DNA from: Cereibacter sphaeroides 2.4.1
Lineage (GTDB): Bacteria; Pseudomonadota; Alphaproteobacteria; Rhodobacterales; Rhodobacteraceae
Direction of reading: 5' to 3'
Assembly: GCF_000012905.2 (NCBI RefSeq)
Contig: NC_007488.2
Coordinates: forward strand, 30,001 to 62,000
Length of the DNA: 32,000 nucleotides
Shown here: positions 1 through 9,173 of the stretch, piece by piece
Position numbering within the stretch: the first letter of the stretch is position 1
Layout: every line of letters begins with the position of its first letter
Position numbers and translations under genes: made by a program
Notes under the pieces: model-generated
Told to the model about the DNA's origin: nothing
The model's input: the letters and a program-made list of their open reading frames with translations, nothing else
Databases searched by the model: none

Positions 1-200
1 ATGAGATCCTGATAGACGAGCGTCACCGTCATCCGCGACACGCCCAGACCTTGGGCGAGGCGGCGGCTCGAGGGCAGGCGCGCGCCGGGGCGGGCGCGGG
101 ATTCGAGGATGGCGCGCACCACCGCCGCCGCGAGACGCCCCTGCAGCGTCGGCGCATCGTCGCGCAGGAAGATCGCCTCGATCGGGATCCGGCTCTGCAT
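1..200 (-). CDS. tauR: GntR/MocR-type transcriptional regulator, N-terminal winged-HTH part only (gene runs off the window start); candidate taurine regulator TauR
   Basis: The reverse complement from ATG (200-198) reads MQSRIPIEAIFLRDDAPTLQGRLAAAVVRAILESRARPGARLPSSRRLAQGLGVSRMTVTLVYQDL. This is a GntR-type HTH of the MocR style. The gene is divergent from the tau transporter and enzyme genes. It is absent from the ORF track because it is truncated by the window edge. Confidence 0.6.
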   Translation of the reverse strand, partial: MQSRIPIEAIFLRDDAPTLQGRLAAAVVRAILESRARPGARLPSSRRLAQGLGVSRMTVTLVYQDL

Positions 201-232
201 CTGGACCTACATTCGCTCTGAACTGGACATAT
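201..232. promoter_or_regulatory. Direct repeat CTGGAC(cta) / CTGGAC(ata), 22 bp start to start, in the tauR-tauK divergent intergenic region; candidate TauR (MocR-type) operator
   Basis: CTGGACCTAC lies at 201-210 and CTGGACATAT at 223-232. The first copy abuts the tauR start codon. MocR-type regulators typically bind direct repeats about two helical turns apart. Confidence 0.4.
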
Positions 233-309
233 CCGAGCGGGATCGCTGCGGCAATATGTCGTCATGGATTCGCCACAAGAGCGAGCCGCCAACAGAGAGA
301 GAGACCGAG

Positions 310-1311
310 ATGACCCAAGCGCAGACATTCCTCGCCGGAACCGCCCTGGCCCTGCTGGCCGCCCTGCCGGCCTGGGCCGAAGAGTTCCGCATCGCCGTGG
401 GCGATGGCGCGGGCGGCACGCAGGAGGCGCTCGGCAAGGCCTTCGTCGCGGCGCTCGAGAAGGAGTCGGGCGGCGAGATGACGGGCAAGCTGTTCCTGAA
501 CGGCCAGCTCGGCGACGAGCAGGACACGGTGACGGCCGCGGCTACCGGCACGCTCGACTTCTCGATCCTCGCGATCAACAACATCACGCCCTTCTCGCCC
601 TCGGTGGGCACGCTGACGCTGCCCTATGTCATCCTGAGCCAGGAGGATGCCGAGACGGTCACGCAGGGCGAGGTCGGCCGGCAGATGATCGAGAAGACGG
701 TCGAGGATGCGGGCGTGCGCATCATCGGCTGGGGCTATTCGGGCTTCCGGGTGCTGACCAATTCGAAGAAGCCCGTGGCCTCGGTCGAGGACATGCAGGG
801 GCTGATCGTGCGCGTGCCCAAGAACGAGATCATGATCGAGACCTACAAGAGCTGGGGCATCAACCCCACGCCGATGGCTTGGGGCGAGACCTTCGCGGCG
901 CTTCAGCAGAAGGTCGTGGACGGGCAGGACAATCCCTACATGACCGTCTATGCGATGAAGTTCGACGAGGTGCAGAAATATGTCACCGAGCTGCGCTACA
1001 TCTTCTCGATCGAGCCGCTGATCGTGAGCGAGGCCCTGTTCGAGGGGCTGAGCGAGGAGAAGCAGGCGCAGATCCTCGCCGCGGGCGAGGCGGCGACGCA
1101 GGCCTCCTCGGCCTTCCTGCGCGAGCAGGAGAGCCGGATCCGCGACGAGCTGGTGGCGCGCGGCATGGAGATCACGCCGCCCGCGGACGGCGAGAAGGGC
1201 TTCATCGAGCTGGCGACCGCGCAGGTCTGGCCCAAGTTCGCCGACCAGATCGGCGGCATCGAGGTGCTGAACGGCGTCTTGACCTCGCTCGGCCGGCCCA
1301 CCGTCCAGTAA
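310..1311 (+). CDS. tauK: TRAP transporter periplasmic solute-binding protein (DctP family), candidate taurine receptor TauK
   Basis: Frame of track ORF 109..1311. I moved the start to ATG 310, which gives MTQAQTFLAGTALALLAALPAWA (signal peptide) followed by EEFRIAVGD. Positions 109-309 overlap the tauR start and the intergenic operator. The body is DctP-like and DctQ and DctM genes follow. Confidence 0.9.
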   Translation: MTQAQTFLAGTALALLAALPAWAEEFRIAVGDGAGGTQEALGKAFVAALEKESGGEMTGKLFLNGQLGDEQDTVTAAATGTLDFSILAINNITPFSPSVGTLTLPYVILSQEDAETVTQGEVGRQMIEKTVEDAGVRIIGWGYSGFRVLTNSKKPVASVEDMQGLIVRVPKNEIMIETYKSWGINPTPMAWGETFAALQQKVVDGQDNPYMTVYAMKFDEVQKYVTELRYIFSIEPLIVSEALFEGLSEEKQAQILAAGEAATQASSAFLREQESRIRDELVARGMEITPPADGEKGFIELATAQVWPKFADQIGGIEVLNGVLTSLGRPTVQ

Positions 1312-1363
1312 CCGCCCGTCCCGTCCCGCGACGCATCTTCCAGCCCTCTGTCGGAGGTCTTCC

Positions 1364-1924
1364 ATGCCTGCTGTCTGGTCGTTCCTGGACAGGTTCGAAA
1401 GCCATGTCTGCCGGGTGATCCTCGCCCTTTTCGTCACGCTGCTCTTCGTGCAGATCGTCGCCCGGCAGGCCTTCGGCTTCTCGATCACCTGGATCGAGGA
1501 ACTGTCGGTCATCCTGTTCGTGTGGTTCGCCTATTTCGGGGCCGCCTATGCGGCCCGGATCGCGGCCCACAACCGGGTGTCGTTCCATCTGAACGCGCTG
1601 CCCCGCGCCAAGGCGCGCCTCGTCGAGGCGGTGGGCGACCTGTTCTGGATCGGCTTCAACCTCGTCTTCATCTGGCAGTCGGTCCAGTTCATCGACCGGC
1701 TGAAGCCCTTCGTGAAGGCGCAGACGCTGGGCTGGCAGATGCGCTACGTCTATCTCGTGCTGCCCATCGCCTTCGCGCTGATGACGCTGCGCATCCTGCA
1801 GGTCAATTACATGAAGCTCGTGCAGGGCGTCGATCCGCGCGACCCCGACCGCGCCGAGGTCGAGGACATGATGGAACTGGCCGAGGACGAGATCCGCCAC
1901 TTCGACGCGCGGGGTCGCAAGTGA
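1364..1924 (+). CDS. tauL: TRAP transporter small permease (DctQ family), candidate TauL
   Basis: 186 aa and hydrophobic, with about 4 TM segments. GGAGG lies 6 nt upstream of ATG 1364. The stop TGA 1922-1924 overlaps the next ATG (1924-1926). Confidence 0.9.
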   Translation: MPAVWSFLDRFESHVCRVILALFVTLLFVQIVARQAFGFSITWIEELSVILFVWFAYFGAAYAARIAAHNRVSFHLNALPRAKARLVEAVGDLFWIGFNLVFIWQSVQFIDRLKPFVKAQTLGWQMRYVYLVLPIAFALMTLRILQVNYMKLVQGVDPRDPDRAEVEDMMELAEDEIRHFDARGRK

Positions 1925-3264
1925 TGGACGGCCTTTTGATCGAAATCCTGTTCGGGGCCTTCTTCGCCCTCATGCTTCTCGGCGCGCCGATCACCGTGGC
2001 GCTCGGCGTCTCGGCGCTGGCCGCCATGGTCTATCTGGGCGACAACCCGATCAAGATGGTGCAGATGGCCTGGTCCTCGGTGGGGTCCTTCCCGCTGATG
2101 GCGCTGCCCTCCTTCATCCTCGCCGGCGCGCTGATGGAGGCCGCGGGCCTGTCGCGGCGGCTCATTGCGGTGGCCGAAAGCCTCGCCGGTCCCTTCACGG
2201 GGGGCCTGTCGGCCGCGACGATCATGGCCTGCCTCTTCTTCGGCGCGATCTCGGGCTCGGGTCCGGCCACCACGGCGGCGGTGGGGATGCTGATGATCCC
2301 GGCCATGTCGCGGCAGGGCTACGGGCCGGGCTATGCGGCCTCGGTCACGGCGGCGGCGGGCGGGCTCGGGATCATCATCCCGCCCTCGATCCCGATGGTG
2401 ATCTTCGGCATCTCGGCCATGGGGCTCGCCCCGCCGCCCGAGGCCATCGCGGCGCACGGTCCCTTCCAGTCGGTCTCGATCTCGAAGCTCTTCATCGCGG
2501 GCTTCGTGCCGGGGGTCATCATGGCGGGCGGGCTCCTTGTGATGAACTACATCCGCTGCCGGATGCGGGGTTTCCGCGGCTCGGCCGCGCCGCTCTCGGC
2601 CCGCAACGTGGCCCGCGCCTGCTATCAGGGCTTCTGGGCGCTGCTCGCCCCGGTCGTGATCCTCGGCGGCATCTATTCGGGCTTCTTCACCCCCACCGAG
2701 GCCGCCATCGTCGCGATCTTCTACACGCTCTTCGTCGGGATCTTCATCTACCGCGAGCTGGATCTGGCCGAGGTCATCAAGGCGCTCGACACGACCACCT
2801 GGCTGGCGGGGCGGGTGCTGCTCGTGCTCTTCGCGGCCACGATCTTCGGCCGGGTGCTGGTCGAGAACAACATTCCGGGCATCATCGCGGGCGGCGTTCT
2901 GGGGCTTACCACCAACATCCATGCGATCTGGGCCATGGTGATCGGGATGCTGCTCATCGTCGGCATGTTCATGGAGACGCTGGCCGCCATCATGATCCTC
3001 GTGCCGGTGATGCTGCCCGTGGCCTACATGGTGGGCATCGACCCGATCCACTTCGGGATCGTGATGATCTGCACGCTCTCTGTCGGCTTCCAGACCCCGC
3101 CGCTCGGCGAGAACCTCTTCATCGCCTCGGGCATCTCGGGCGTCTCGATCGAGCGGATCAGCCTGCGCGCGCTGCCCTTCGCGGCCGCGTCGGTCACCGC
3201 AATCTTCATCATCGCCAGCTTCCCCGAGCTTGCCCTCTGGCTGCCCCGGGCGATGGGCTACTAG
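1924..3264 (+). CDS. tauM: TRAP transporter large permease (DctM family), candidate TauM
   Basis: Internal start in track ORF 1522..3264 at MDGLLIEILFGAFFALMLLGAPITVALG. The product is 446 aa, polytopic and DctM-like. The start is translationally coupled to the DctQ gene. Confidence 0.9.
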   Translation: MDGLLIEILFGAFFALMLLGAPITVALGVSALAAMVYLGDNPIKMVQMAWSSVGSFPLMALPSFILAGALMEAAGLSRRLIAVAESLAGPFTGGLSAATIMACLFFGAISGSGPATTAAVGMLMIPAMSRQGYGPGYAASVTAAAGGLGIIIPPSIPMVIFGISAMGLAPPPEAIAAHGPFQSVSISKLFIAGFVPGVIMAGGLLVMNYIRCRMRGFRGSAAPLSARNVARACYQGFWALLAPVVILGGIYSGFFTPTEAAIVAIFYTLFVGIFIYRELDLAEVIKALDTTTWLAGRVLLVLFAATIFGRVLVENNIPGIIAGGVLGLTTNIHAIWAMVIGMLLIVGMFMETLAAIMILVPVMLPVAYMVGIDPIHFGIVMICTLSVGFQTPPLGENLFIASGISGVSIERISLRALPFAAASVTAIFIIASFPELALWLPRAMGY

Positions 3265-3281
3265 TTCCAAGGAGACGTTCC

Positions 3282-3677
3282 ATGTCGACCCCTCTCACCG
3301 CCAGCGATCTGGCGGCCCTCTTCGACGCCTTCAACCGCCACGACATCGACGCCGTCATGGCCCCCTTCGCCGAGGATTGCGTGTTCTACACGGTGGCGGG
3401 CGAGGCCGAGCACGGCACCCGGATCGAGGGCCGCGAGGCCATCGCCCGCGCCTTCACCGGGGTCTGGACCGCGATGCCGGACGTGCAATGGGCCGACCAC
3501 AGCCACTTCCTGTCCGAGGACGGCACCCGCGGCGTGAGCCAGTGGACCTTCCGCGCCACCAACCCCGACGGCACGCGGATCGAGGTGCAGGGCGCGGACC
3601 TGTTCCGCATCGCGGACGGCCGGATCGTCGAGAAGCAGGCGCTCCGCAAGCAGCGCCCGTCGATCCCCGCCCGGTGA
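3282..3677 (+). CDS. tauX: SnoaL/NTF2-like small protein; by position, the small subunit of taurine dehydrogenase (TauX)
   Basis: 131 aa with AGGAGA upstream of ATG 3282. The N-terminus (LAALFDAFNRHDIDAVMAPFAEDCVFY) is SnoaL-like. The gene sits between the TRAP genes and the FAD subunit, as in described tau loci. Confidence 0.75.
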   Translation: MSTPLTASDLAALFDAFNRHDIDAVMAPFAEDCVFYTVAGEAEHGTRIEGREAIARAFTGVWTAMPDVQWADHSHFLSEDGTRGVSQWTFRATNPDGTRIEVQGADLFRIADGRIVEKQALRKQRPSIPAR

Positions 3678-3683
3678 TCCGCC

Positions 3684-5072
3684 ATGAACGCCCTCGACAG
3701 ACACCGGCCGGTGCCGTTCGATCCCCTCTACGATCCGATGACGGCGCGCAGCCTCGGGCCCGGCAGCGCCTATGCGCCGACCTACTGGATCGGCACGGCG
3801 GGGCCCGCCCCCGCCGATGACGGTCCCGTGACGCGGGACATGGATGTGGATGTGGCGGTGATCGGCTCGGGCTACACCGGCCTTTCGACCGCGCTCCATC
3901 TGGCGCGAGAGCACGGGATCCGCGCCACGGTGCTCGAGGCCAACGGCGTGGCCTACGGCTGCTCGACCCGCAACGGCGGTCAGGCCCAGATCAGTGCGGG
4001 CCGGCTGAAGCGCAGCCAGTGGATCGAGCGTTGGGGCCTCGATGTGGCGCGCGGGATGCATGGCGAGATGGTCGAGGCCTTCGCCCTGTTCCGCGGCCTG
4101 CTGCGCGATCCCGCCATCGACTGCGAGCCGCAGGACGGCGGCCATTACTACATCGCCCACAAGGCGGGCGTGCTGCCCGCGCTGGAGAAGGAGGCGGCGC
4201 TTCTGCGCGAGCGGTTCGGCTATGACGCACGGATGCTCTCGCGCGAGGAGCTGTTCCGCACCGCAGTGCGCGATGCCGAGGCGCATGGCGCGCTGTGGGA
4301 GGCCGACGGAGTGGCGATCCACGCGGCGAAGCTCGCCTTCGGCTACCTCCGCGCCGCGCGCGGGCTGGGCGCCACGGTCCATCCCGACAGCCCGGTGCAG
4401 GGCTGGGAGCTGAAGGGGGGCGTGCATCACCTGCGCACGCCCGGCGGCACGGTGCGCGCCCGGCGCGTGGCGGTGGCCACGGCGGCCTATGCTACGCGGT
4501 CGCTGCACGGGCGGCTGCGCGACCGGCTGATGCCGATCCTGTCGAACAGCGTGGTCACGCGGGTTCTGACCCCGGCCGAACTCGAGGCCGTGGGCATCCG
4601 CACCGGCTCGCCCCTGACCGACACCCGCACGCTGCGCCACTATTACCGGCTGCTGCCCGACAACCGGCTTCAGATCGGCTCGCGGGCGGCGATCACCGGG
4701 CGCGATGCGGCCAACCCTGCGCATCTCGATGCGCTGCGCGCCGCGATCGGCCGCAAGTTCCCGACGCTGCGCGGCGTCGAGCTCGACTACAGCTGGTGGG
4801 GCTGGGTCGATGTGAGCCACGACATGATGCCCCGCATCACCGCCGTGCCGGACGTGCCGGGCATGTTCTACGCGCTCGGCTACGGCGGCAACGGCGTGAT
4901 GTATTCCGCCATGGCCGGGCGGAGGCTCGCACAGCTGGTGGCTGGCGAGGCCGTGCCGCGCCTGCCGATCTTTCAGACCGAACTGCCCCACGAGGGCTGG
5001 AAGACGCCGTTCCGGCGTCTCGGCCAGTGGGGTCTCTATCACCTCTATCACTATCGCGACGAGCGCGGATAA
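3684..5072 (+). CDS. tauY: FAD-dependent oxidoreductase (DAO family), candidate taurine dehydrogenase large subunit TauY
   Basis: 462 aa with the dinucleotide-binding motif VAVIGSGYTGLSTALHLA. It lies immediately upstream of xsc. Confidence 0.85.
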   Translation: MNALDRHRPVPFDPLYDPMTARSLGPGSAYAPTYWIGTAGPAPADDGPVTRDMDVDVAVIGSGYTGLSTALHLAREHGIRATVLEANGVAYGCSTRNGGQAQISAGRLKRSQWIERWGLDVARGMHGEMVEAFALFRGLLRDPAIDCEPQDGGHYYIAHKAGVLPALEKEAALLRERFGYDARMLSREELFRTAVRDAEAHGALWEADGVAIHAAKLAFGYLRAARGLGATVHPDSPVQGWELKGGVHHLRTPGGTVRARRVAVATAAYATRSLHGRLRDRLMPILSNSVVTRVLTPAELEAVGIRTGSPLTDTRTLRHYYRLLPDNRLQIGSRAAITGRDAANPAHLDALRAAIGRKFPTLRGVELDYSWWGWVDVSHDMMPRITAVPDVPGMFYALGYGGNGVMYSAMAGRRLAQLVAGEAVPRLPIFQTELPHEGWKTPFRRLGQWGLYHLYHYRDERG

Positions 5073-5084
5073 GGAGCCAACGCC

Positions 5085-6866
5085 ATGAGAATGACCACCG
5101 AAGAGGCCTTCGTGAAGGTCCTGCAGATGCACGGCATCGAACATGCGTTCGGGATCATCGGCTCGGCCATGATGCCGGTGTCGGATCTGTTCCCGAAGGC
5201 CGGGATCACCTTCTGGGATTGCGCCCACGAGACGAACGCGGGCCTGATGGCCGATGGCTTCACCCGCTCGACGGGCAAGATGTCGATGGCCATCGCCCAG
5301 AACGGCCCCGGCGTCACCGGCTTCGTGACGCCGGTCAAGACCGCCTACTGGAACCATACGCCGCTTCTGCTGGTGACGCCGCAGGCGGCCAACAAGACCA
5401 TCGGGCAGGGCGGCTTCCAGGAGATGGAGCAGATGCGGCTCTTTGCCGATTGCGTCTGCTATCAGGAGGAGGTGCGCGACGCCTCGCGCATCCCCGAGGT
5501 GCTGAACCGGGTGATCCTGCAGGCCTGGCGCAACAGCGCGCCGGCGCAGATCAACATTCCCCGGGACATGTGGACCCAGGTCATCGATGTCGAGCTGCCG
5601 CAGATCGTGGCCTTCGAGCGGCCCGCGGGCGGCGAGGAGGCGGTGGCCGAGGCGGCGCGGCTTCTGTCGGGGGCGCGCTTCCCGGTGATCCTCTCCGGGG
5701 CGGGCGTGGTGCTCTCGGGCGCGATCCCGGATCTCGCGCGGCTGGCCGAGCGGCTCGACGCGCCGGTGGCCTCGAACTACCAGCACAACGACAGCTTCCC
5801 CGGCAGCCATCCGCTCGCCGTGGGCCCTCTGGGCTACAACGGCTCGAAGGCCGCGATGGAGCTGATCGCCCGCGCCGACGTGGTGCTGGCGCTCGGCACG
5901 CGGCTCAATCCCTTCTCGACGCTGCCGGGCTACGGCATCGACTACTGGCCGCGCGAGGCCAGGATCATTCAGGTCGACATCAATGCCGACCGGATCGGGC
6001 TGACGAAGAAGGTCACCGTGGGCATTCAGGGCGATGCGGCCAAGGTGGCGCGCGCGATCCTGGCCCAGCTGGGCGAGGGCGCGGGCGATGCGGGCCGCGA
6101 GGAGCGGCGGCATCTCGTGGCGCAGACCAAGTCGCGGTGGGCGCAGGAGCTGTCGAGCCTCGACCATGAAGAGGACGATCCGGGCACCGAATGGAACGCG
6201 GGCGCGCGCACGCGCGATGCCGATCTGATGAGCCCGCGGCAGGCCTGGCGCGCGATCATGCAGGCGGTGCCGGCCGAGGCCATCGTCTCGTCCGACATCG
6301 GCAACAACTGCGCCATCGGCAACGCCTATCCGAGCTTCGAGGCCGGGCGGAAATATCTGGCGCCGGGTCTCTTCGGCCCTTGCGGTTACGGCTTCCCGGC
6401 GATCCTCGGCGCCAAGATCGGCAATCCCGACACGCCGGTGATCGGCTTTGCGGGCGACGGCGCCTTCGGCATCTCGATGAACGAGATGACCGCCTGCGGC
6501 CGCGAGGACTGGCCCGCCATCACCATGGTGATCTTCCGCAACTACCAGTGGGGCGCGGAAAAGCGCAACACGACGCTGTGGTACGACAACAACTTCGTGG
6601 GCACCGAGCTCGACCGCGACACGAGCTATGCGGCCATCGCCCGGGCCTGCGGCGCGCATGGGGTGCAGGTGCGCAGCCAGTCCGAACTGACGGCGGCCTT
6701 GCACGAGGCGGTCGAGCGGCAGATGAAGGCGCGAGAGACCACCTTCATCGAGGTGCTGCTCAATCAGGAGCTGGGCGAGCCCTTCCGCCGCGACGCGATG
6801 AAGAAGCCGGTGGTGGTGGCGGGGATCGACCCGGCCGACATGCGCCCGCAGAAGGGCGCGGCCTGA
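5085..6866 (+). CDS. xsc: Sulfoacetaldehyde acetyltransferase (thiamine-diphosphate enzyme)
   Basis: 593 aa. The N-terminus MRMTTEEAFVKVLQMHGIEHAFGIIGSAMMP is characteristic of Xsc. A ThDP motif GDGAFGISMNE is present. AAGGAG lies upstream of ATG 5085, and tauZ and pta follow. Confidence 0.92.
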   Translation: MRMTTEEAFVKVLQMHGIEHAFGIIGSAMMPVSDLFPKAGITFWDCAHETNAGLMADGFTRSTGKMSMAIAQNGPGVTGFVTPVKTAYWNHTPLLLVTPQAANKTIGQGGFQEMEQMRLFADCVCYQEEVRDASRIPEVLNRVILQAWRNSAPAQINIPRDMWTQVIDVELPQIVAFERPAGGEEAVAEAARLLSGARFPVILSGAGVVLSGAIPDLARLAERLDAPVASNYQHNDSFPGSHPLAVGPLGYNGSKAAMELIARADVVLALGTRLNPFSTLPGYGIDYWPREARIIQVDINADRIGLTKKVTVGIQGDAAKVARAILAQLGEGAGDAGREERRHLVAQTKSRWAQELSSLDHEEDDPGTEWNAGARTRDADLMSPRQAWRAIMQAVPAEAIVSSDIGNNCAIGNAYPSFEAGRKYLAPGLFGPCGYGFPAILGAKIGNPDTPVIGFAGDGAFGISMNEMTACGREDWPAITMVIFRNYQWGAEKRNTTLWYDNNFVGTELDRDTSYAAIARACGAHGVQVRSQSELTAALHEAVERQMKARETTFIEVLLNQELGEPFRRDAMKKPVVVAGIDPADMRPQKGAA

Positions 6867-6876
6867 GCTCTTGCCG

Positions 6877-6898
6877 GGGGCCGGCCCGGTCCGGCCCC
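6877..6898 (+). terminator. GC-rich hairpin just after the xsc stop (8-bp stem GGGGCCGG/CCGGCCCC, 6-nt loop), no U-tract
   Basis: Read directly from the sequence. There is no T-run, so it may be a partial terminator or an RNA-stability element. Confidence 0.3.
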
Positions 6899-6915
6899 TC
6901 TGCGACCCGCCCGAC

Positions 6916-7130
6916 TGTCCGGCGCTGCCTGCCGGGCGGGCTTCTCCGGGCCTTCCGGCCTGCTGTTCCGGGGCGGGGCCGTCGCTCGATTGTCCGGCAC
7001 TGCCTGCCGGGCAGGCTTCCTCGGGCCCCTGCGGCCTGCTCTTCCTGGCCTCGCCCGCCCGGGCGCGGCCGTTGCCCGCCTGTCCGGCTGCCGCCGGGCA
7101 GGCTTCTCCGGCCCCTGCCTTCGGGGCCCG
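6916..7130. repeat. Three tandem imperfect copies (about 75, 90 and 50 bp) of a GC-rich element starting TGTCCGGC..CTGCC..GGGCAGGCTTC(T/C)CCGG in the xsc-tauZ spacer
   Basis: Copies start at 6916, 6991 and 7081. Copy 2 has a perfect GCCTGC-CGG-GCAGGC hairpin core, while copies 1 and 3 are degenerate. No convincing coding frame crosses the repeats. Confidence 0.75.
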
Positions 7131-7145
7131 CCTATCTGGAATGAC

Positions 7146-8165
7146 ATGATGACCCTGACCCTTGGCGCGGCGCGCCGGACGATTGCCGAAGCCTTTCCGG
7201 GCGTCGCCGTCTCGGCGCTGGTGGCGGCGACGGCGCAGTTCCTGTCGGAACATTACGGGGCGCCCGCGATGCTCATGGCGCTGCTTCTGGGCCTCGCGCT
7301 GAACTTCCTGTCCGAGGAGGGCACCCGCACCGCCCCGGGCGTGGCCTTCACCGCCCGCACCGTGCTGCGCCTCGGCGTGGCGCTTCTGGGGGCGCGGATC
7401 TCGGTCGAGATGCTGGCGGGCCTCGGGCCTGCGGCCATCGGGCTCGTGGTGGCGGGCGTGGTGCTGACCATCGGTTTCGGCCTCGCCGCCGCCCGGCTCG
7501 TGGGGCGCGACTGGAGCTTCGCGCTGCTCACCGGCGGGTCGGTCGCGATCTGCGGCGCCTCGGCGGCCATGGCAATCGCGGCGGTGCTGCCGCGCCATGC
7601 CCGCTCCGAGCGCGATCTGGCCTTCACGGTGCTGTCGGTCACGGTGCTCTCCACGGTGGCGATGGTGCTCTATCCGATGCTGTCGGGCCTCTTCGGCTTC
7701 ACCCCGCGCGACAGCGGCGTCTTCCTCGGCGGCACGATCCACGATGTGGCGCAGGTGGTGGGGGCGGGCTTCTCCATCGGCCCCGAGACCGGCGAGACGG
7801 CGACGCTCGTCAAGCTCATCCGCGTGTCGATGCTGGCCCCCGTCGTGCTCTGCTTCTCGCTCGTGATCCGCGCCCGGGGGCTGGCCGAGCGCGAGGGCGG
7901 CAAGCGCCCGCCGCTGCTGCCCGGGTTCGTGCTGGGCTTTCTCGTGCTGGCGGCGCTGAATTCCGCCGGCCTCGTGCCGCCGGTTCTGGCCGACTGGGCG
8001 GGCGTGCTGAGCCGCTGGGCGCTGCTCATCGCCATCGCCGCGGTGGGCATCAAGACCTCGCTCGCGCGGATGCTCGACGTGGGCGGCGTGGCCATCGGCC
8101 TGATCGTGGCCGAAACGATCTTCCTCGGCGTCTTCGTCGTCGCCGGCCTGCATTTCCTGAGCTGA
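7146..8165 (+). CDS. tauZ: YeiH/UPF0324-family membrane protein (putative sulfite/sulfate exporter), TauZ
   Basis: I chose the start at ATG 7146 (MMTLTLGAARRTIAEAFPGVAVSALVAATAQFL), not 6990. The upstream extension reads through the tandem repeats and is Pro/Gly/Arg-rich. The product is 339 aa and polytopic, between xsc and pta. Confidence 0.85.
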   Translation: MMTLTLGAARRTIAEAFPGVAVSALVAATAQFLSEHYGAPAMLMALLLGLALNFLSEEGTRTAPGVAFTARTVLRLGVALLGARISVEMLAGLGPAAIGLVVAGVVLTIGFGLAAARLVGRDWSFALLTGGSVAICGASAAMAIAAVLPRHARSERDLAFTVLSVTVLSTVAMVLYPMLSGLFGFTPRDSGVFLGGTIHDVAQVVGAGFSIGPETGETATLVKLIRVSMLAPVVLCFSLVIRARGLAEREGGKRPPLLPGFVLGFLVLAALNSAGLVPPVLADWAGVLSRWALLIAIAAVGIKTSLARMLDVGGVAIGLIVAETIFLGVFVVAGLHFLS

Positions 8166-8174
8166 GGTTCCCCC

Positions 8175-9173
8175 ATGAAGCCGCTCGAGCGCATCCTTGC
8201 CACGGCCCGCGCCCACCCGCGCCATATCCTGCTGCCCGAGGGTGAGGATCCGCGCGTGGCCCAAGCCGCGCGGCGCCTGACCGAGGAGGGGCTCGCGCGC
8301 GTGAGCCTGATGAACGGGCCCGAGATCGCGGGCGTGACCCGGATCTGCCCGGCCGAGGCGTCGGATCTGCCCGAGCTCGCCGACCGCTGGCACCTGATGC
8401 GGGCGGCCAAGGGCATGACCGGCGCGCAGGCGCTGATCGAGATGCGCGACCCGATCCGACAGGCCGCGATGCGGGTGCGGATGGGGCTGGCCGACGGGAC
8501 GGTGGCGGGGGCTGTCGCCACCACCGCCGACACGGTGCGGGCCGCGCTGCAGATCATCGGCCGGGCCGAGGGCGCGCCGCTCGTCTCGAGCTTCTTTCTC
8601 ATGCTCGCCTGCGAGGGCGGGGCGCCGATCCGGGGCGGGATGATCTTCGCCGACTGCGGGCTGGTGGTCGATCCCGACGCAGAAGGGCTCGCCGCCATCG
8701 CCCGCGCCTCGGCCGAGAGCTCCCGGACGCTTCTGGGCGAGGAGCCGCGGGTGGCGCTTCTGTCCTTCTCGACCGCCGGGTCGGCCGATCATCCGAGCCT
8801 CGGCAAGATCCGCGAGGCTTTGCGCCTGATCCGCGCGACCGATCCGACGCTGGAGGTGGATGGCGAGATCCAGTTCGACGCGGCGCTGGACGAGGCGATC
8901 CGCGCGCGGAAGGCGCCGGGCAGCCGGCTGACGGGGCGGCCCAACGTCTTCATCTTCCCCGATCTCGCCTCGGGCAACATCGGCTACAAGATCGCGCAGC
9001 GTCTGGGCGGGCTCGGCGCCGTGGGCCCGATCCTGCAGGGGCTCGCGCGGCCGGCGAACGACCTGTCGCGCGGCTGCACGGTCGAGGACATCGTCCATGC
9101 CGCGGCCATCACCGCGGTGCAGGCGGCCCCGGACCCCGCCGCCGCGCCCGAGGGGCTGGCCGCGGCGCGCTAG
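8175..9173 (+). CDS. pta: Phosphate acetyltransferase (short, PTA-domain-only form)
   Basis: 332 aa. The sequence [28 protein letters not shown] ... [21 protein letters not shown] is typical of Pta. It is the last gene of the tau unit. Confidence 0.92.
   Translation: MKPLERILATARAHPRHILLPEGEDPRVAQAARRLTEEGLARVSLMNGPEIAGVTRICPAEASDLPELADRWHLMRAAKGMTGAQALIEMRDPIRQAAMRVRMGLADGTVAGAVATTADTVRAALQIIGRAEGAPLVSSFFLMLACEGGAPIRGGMIFADCGLVVDPDAEGLAAIARASAESSRTLLGEEPRVALLSFSTAGSADHPSLGKIREALRLIRATDPTLEVDGEIQFDAALDEAIRARKAPGSRLTGRPNVFIFPDLASGNIGYKIAQRLGGLGAVGPILQGLARPANDLSRGCTVEDIVHAAAITAVQAAPDPAAAPEGLAAAR

Noticed and set aside
109-309. Upstream extension of the DctP-family ORF
   Set aside because: It would overlap the divergent tauR start and the intergenic repeats. 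The signal peptide begins at the ATG at 310.
6916-7130. Possible CRISPR array
   Set aside because: The units are long (50-90 bp), imperfect and directly abutting, with no unique spacers. No cas genes are present.
6871-7149. Pro/Ala/Gly-rich ORFs (92 aa plus strand, 127 aa minus strand, and the tauZ 6990 start) reading through the tandem repeats
   Set aside because: The repetitive peptide content simply mirrors the DNA repeats. There is no ribosome-binding site, and the membrane protein has a normal N-terminus from 7146.
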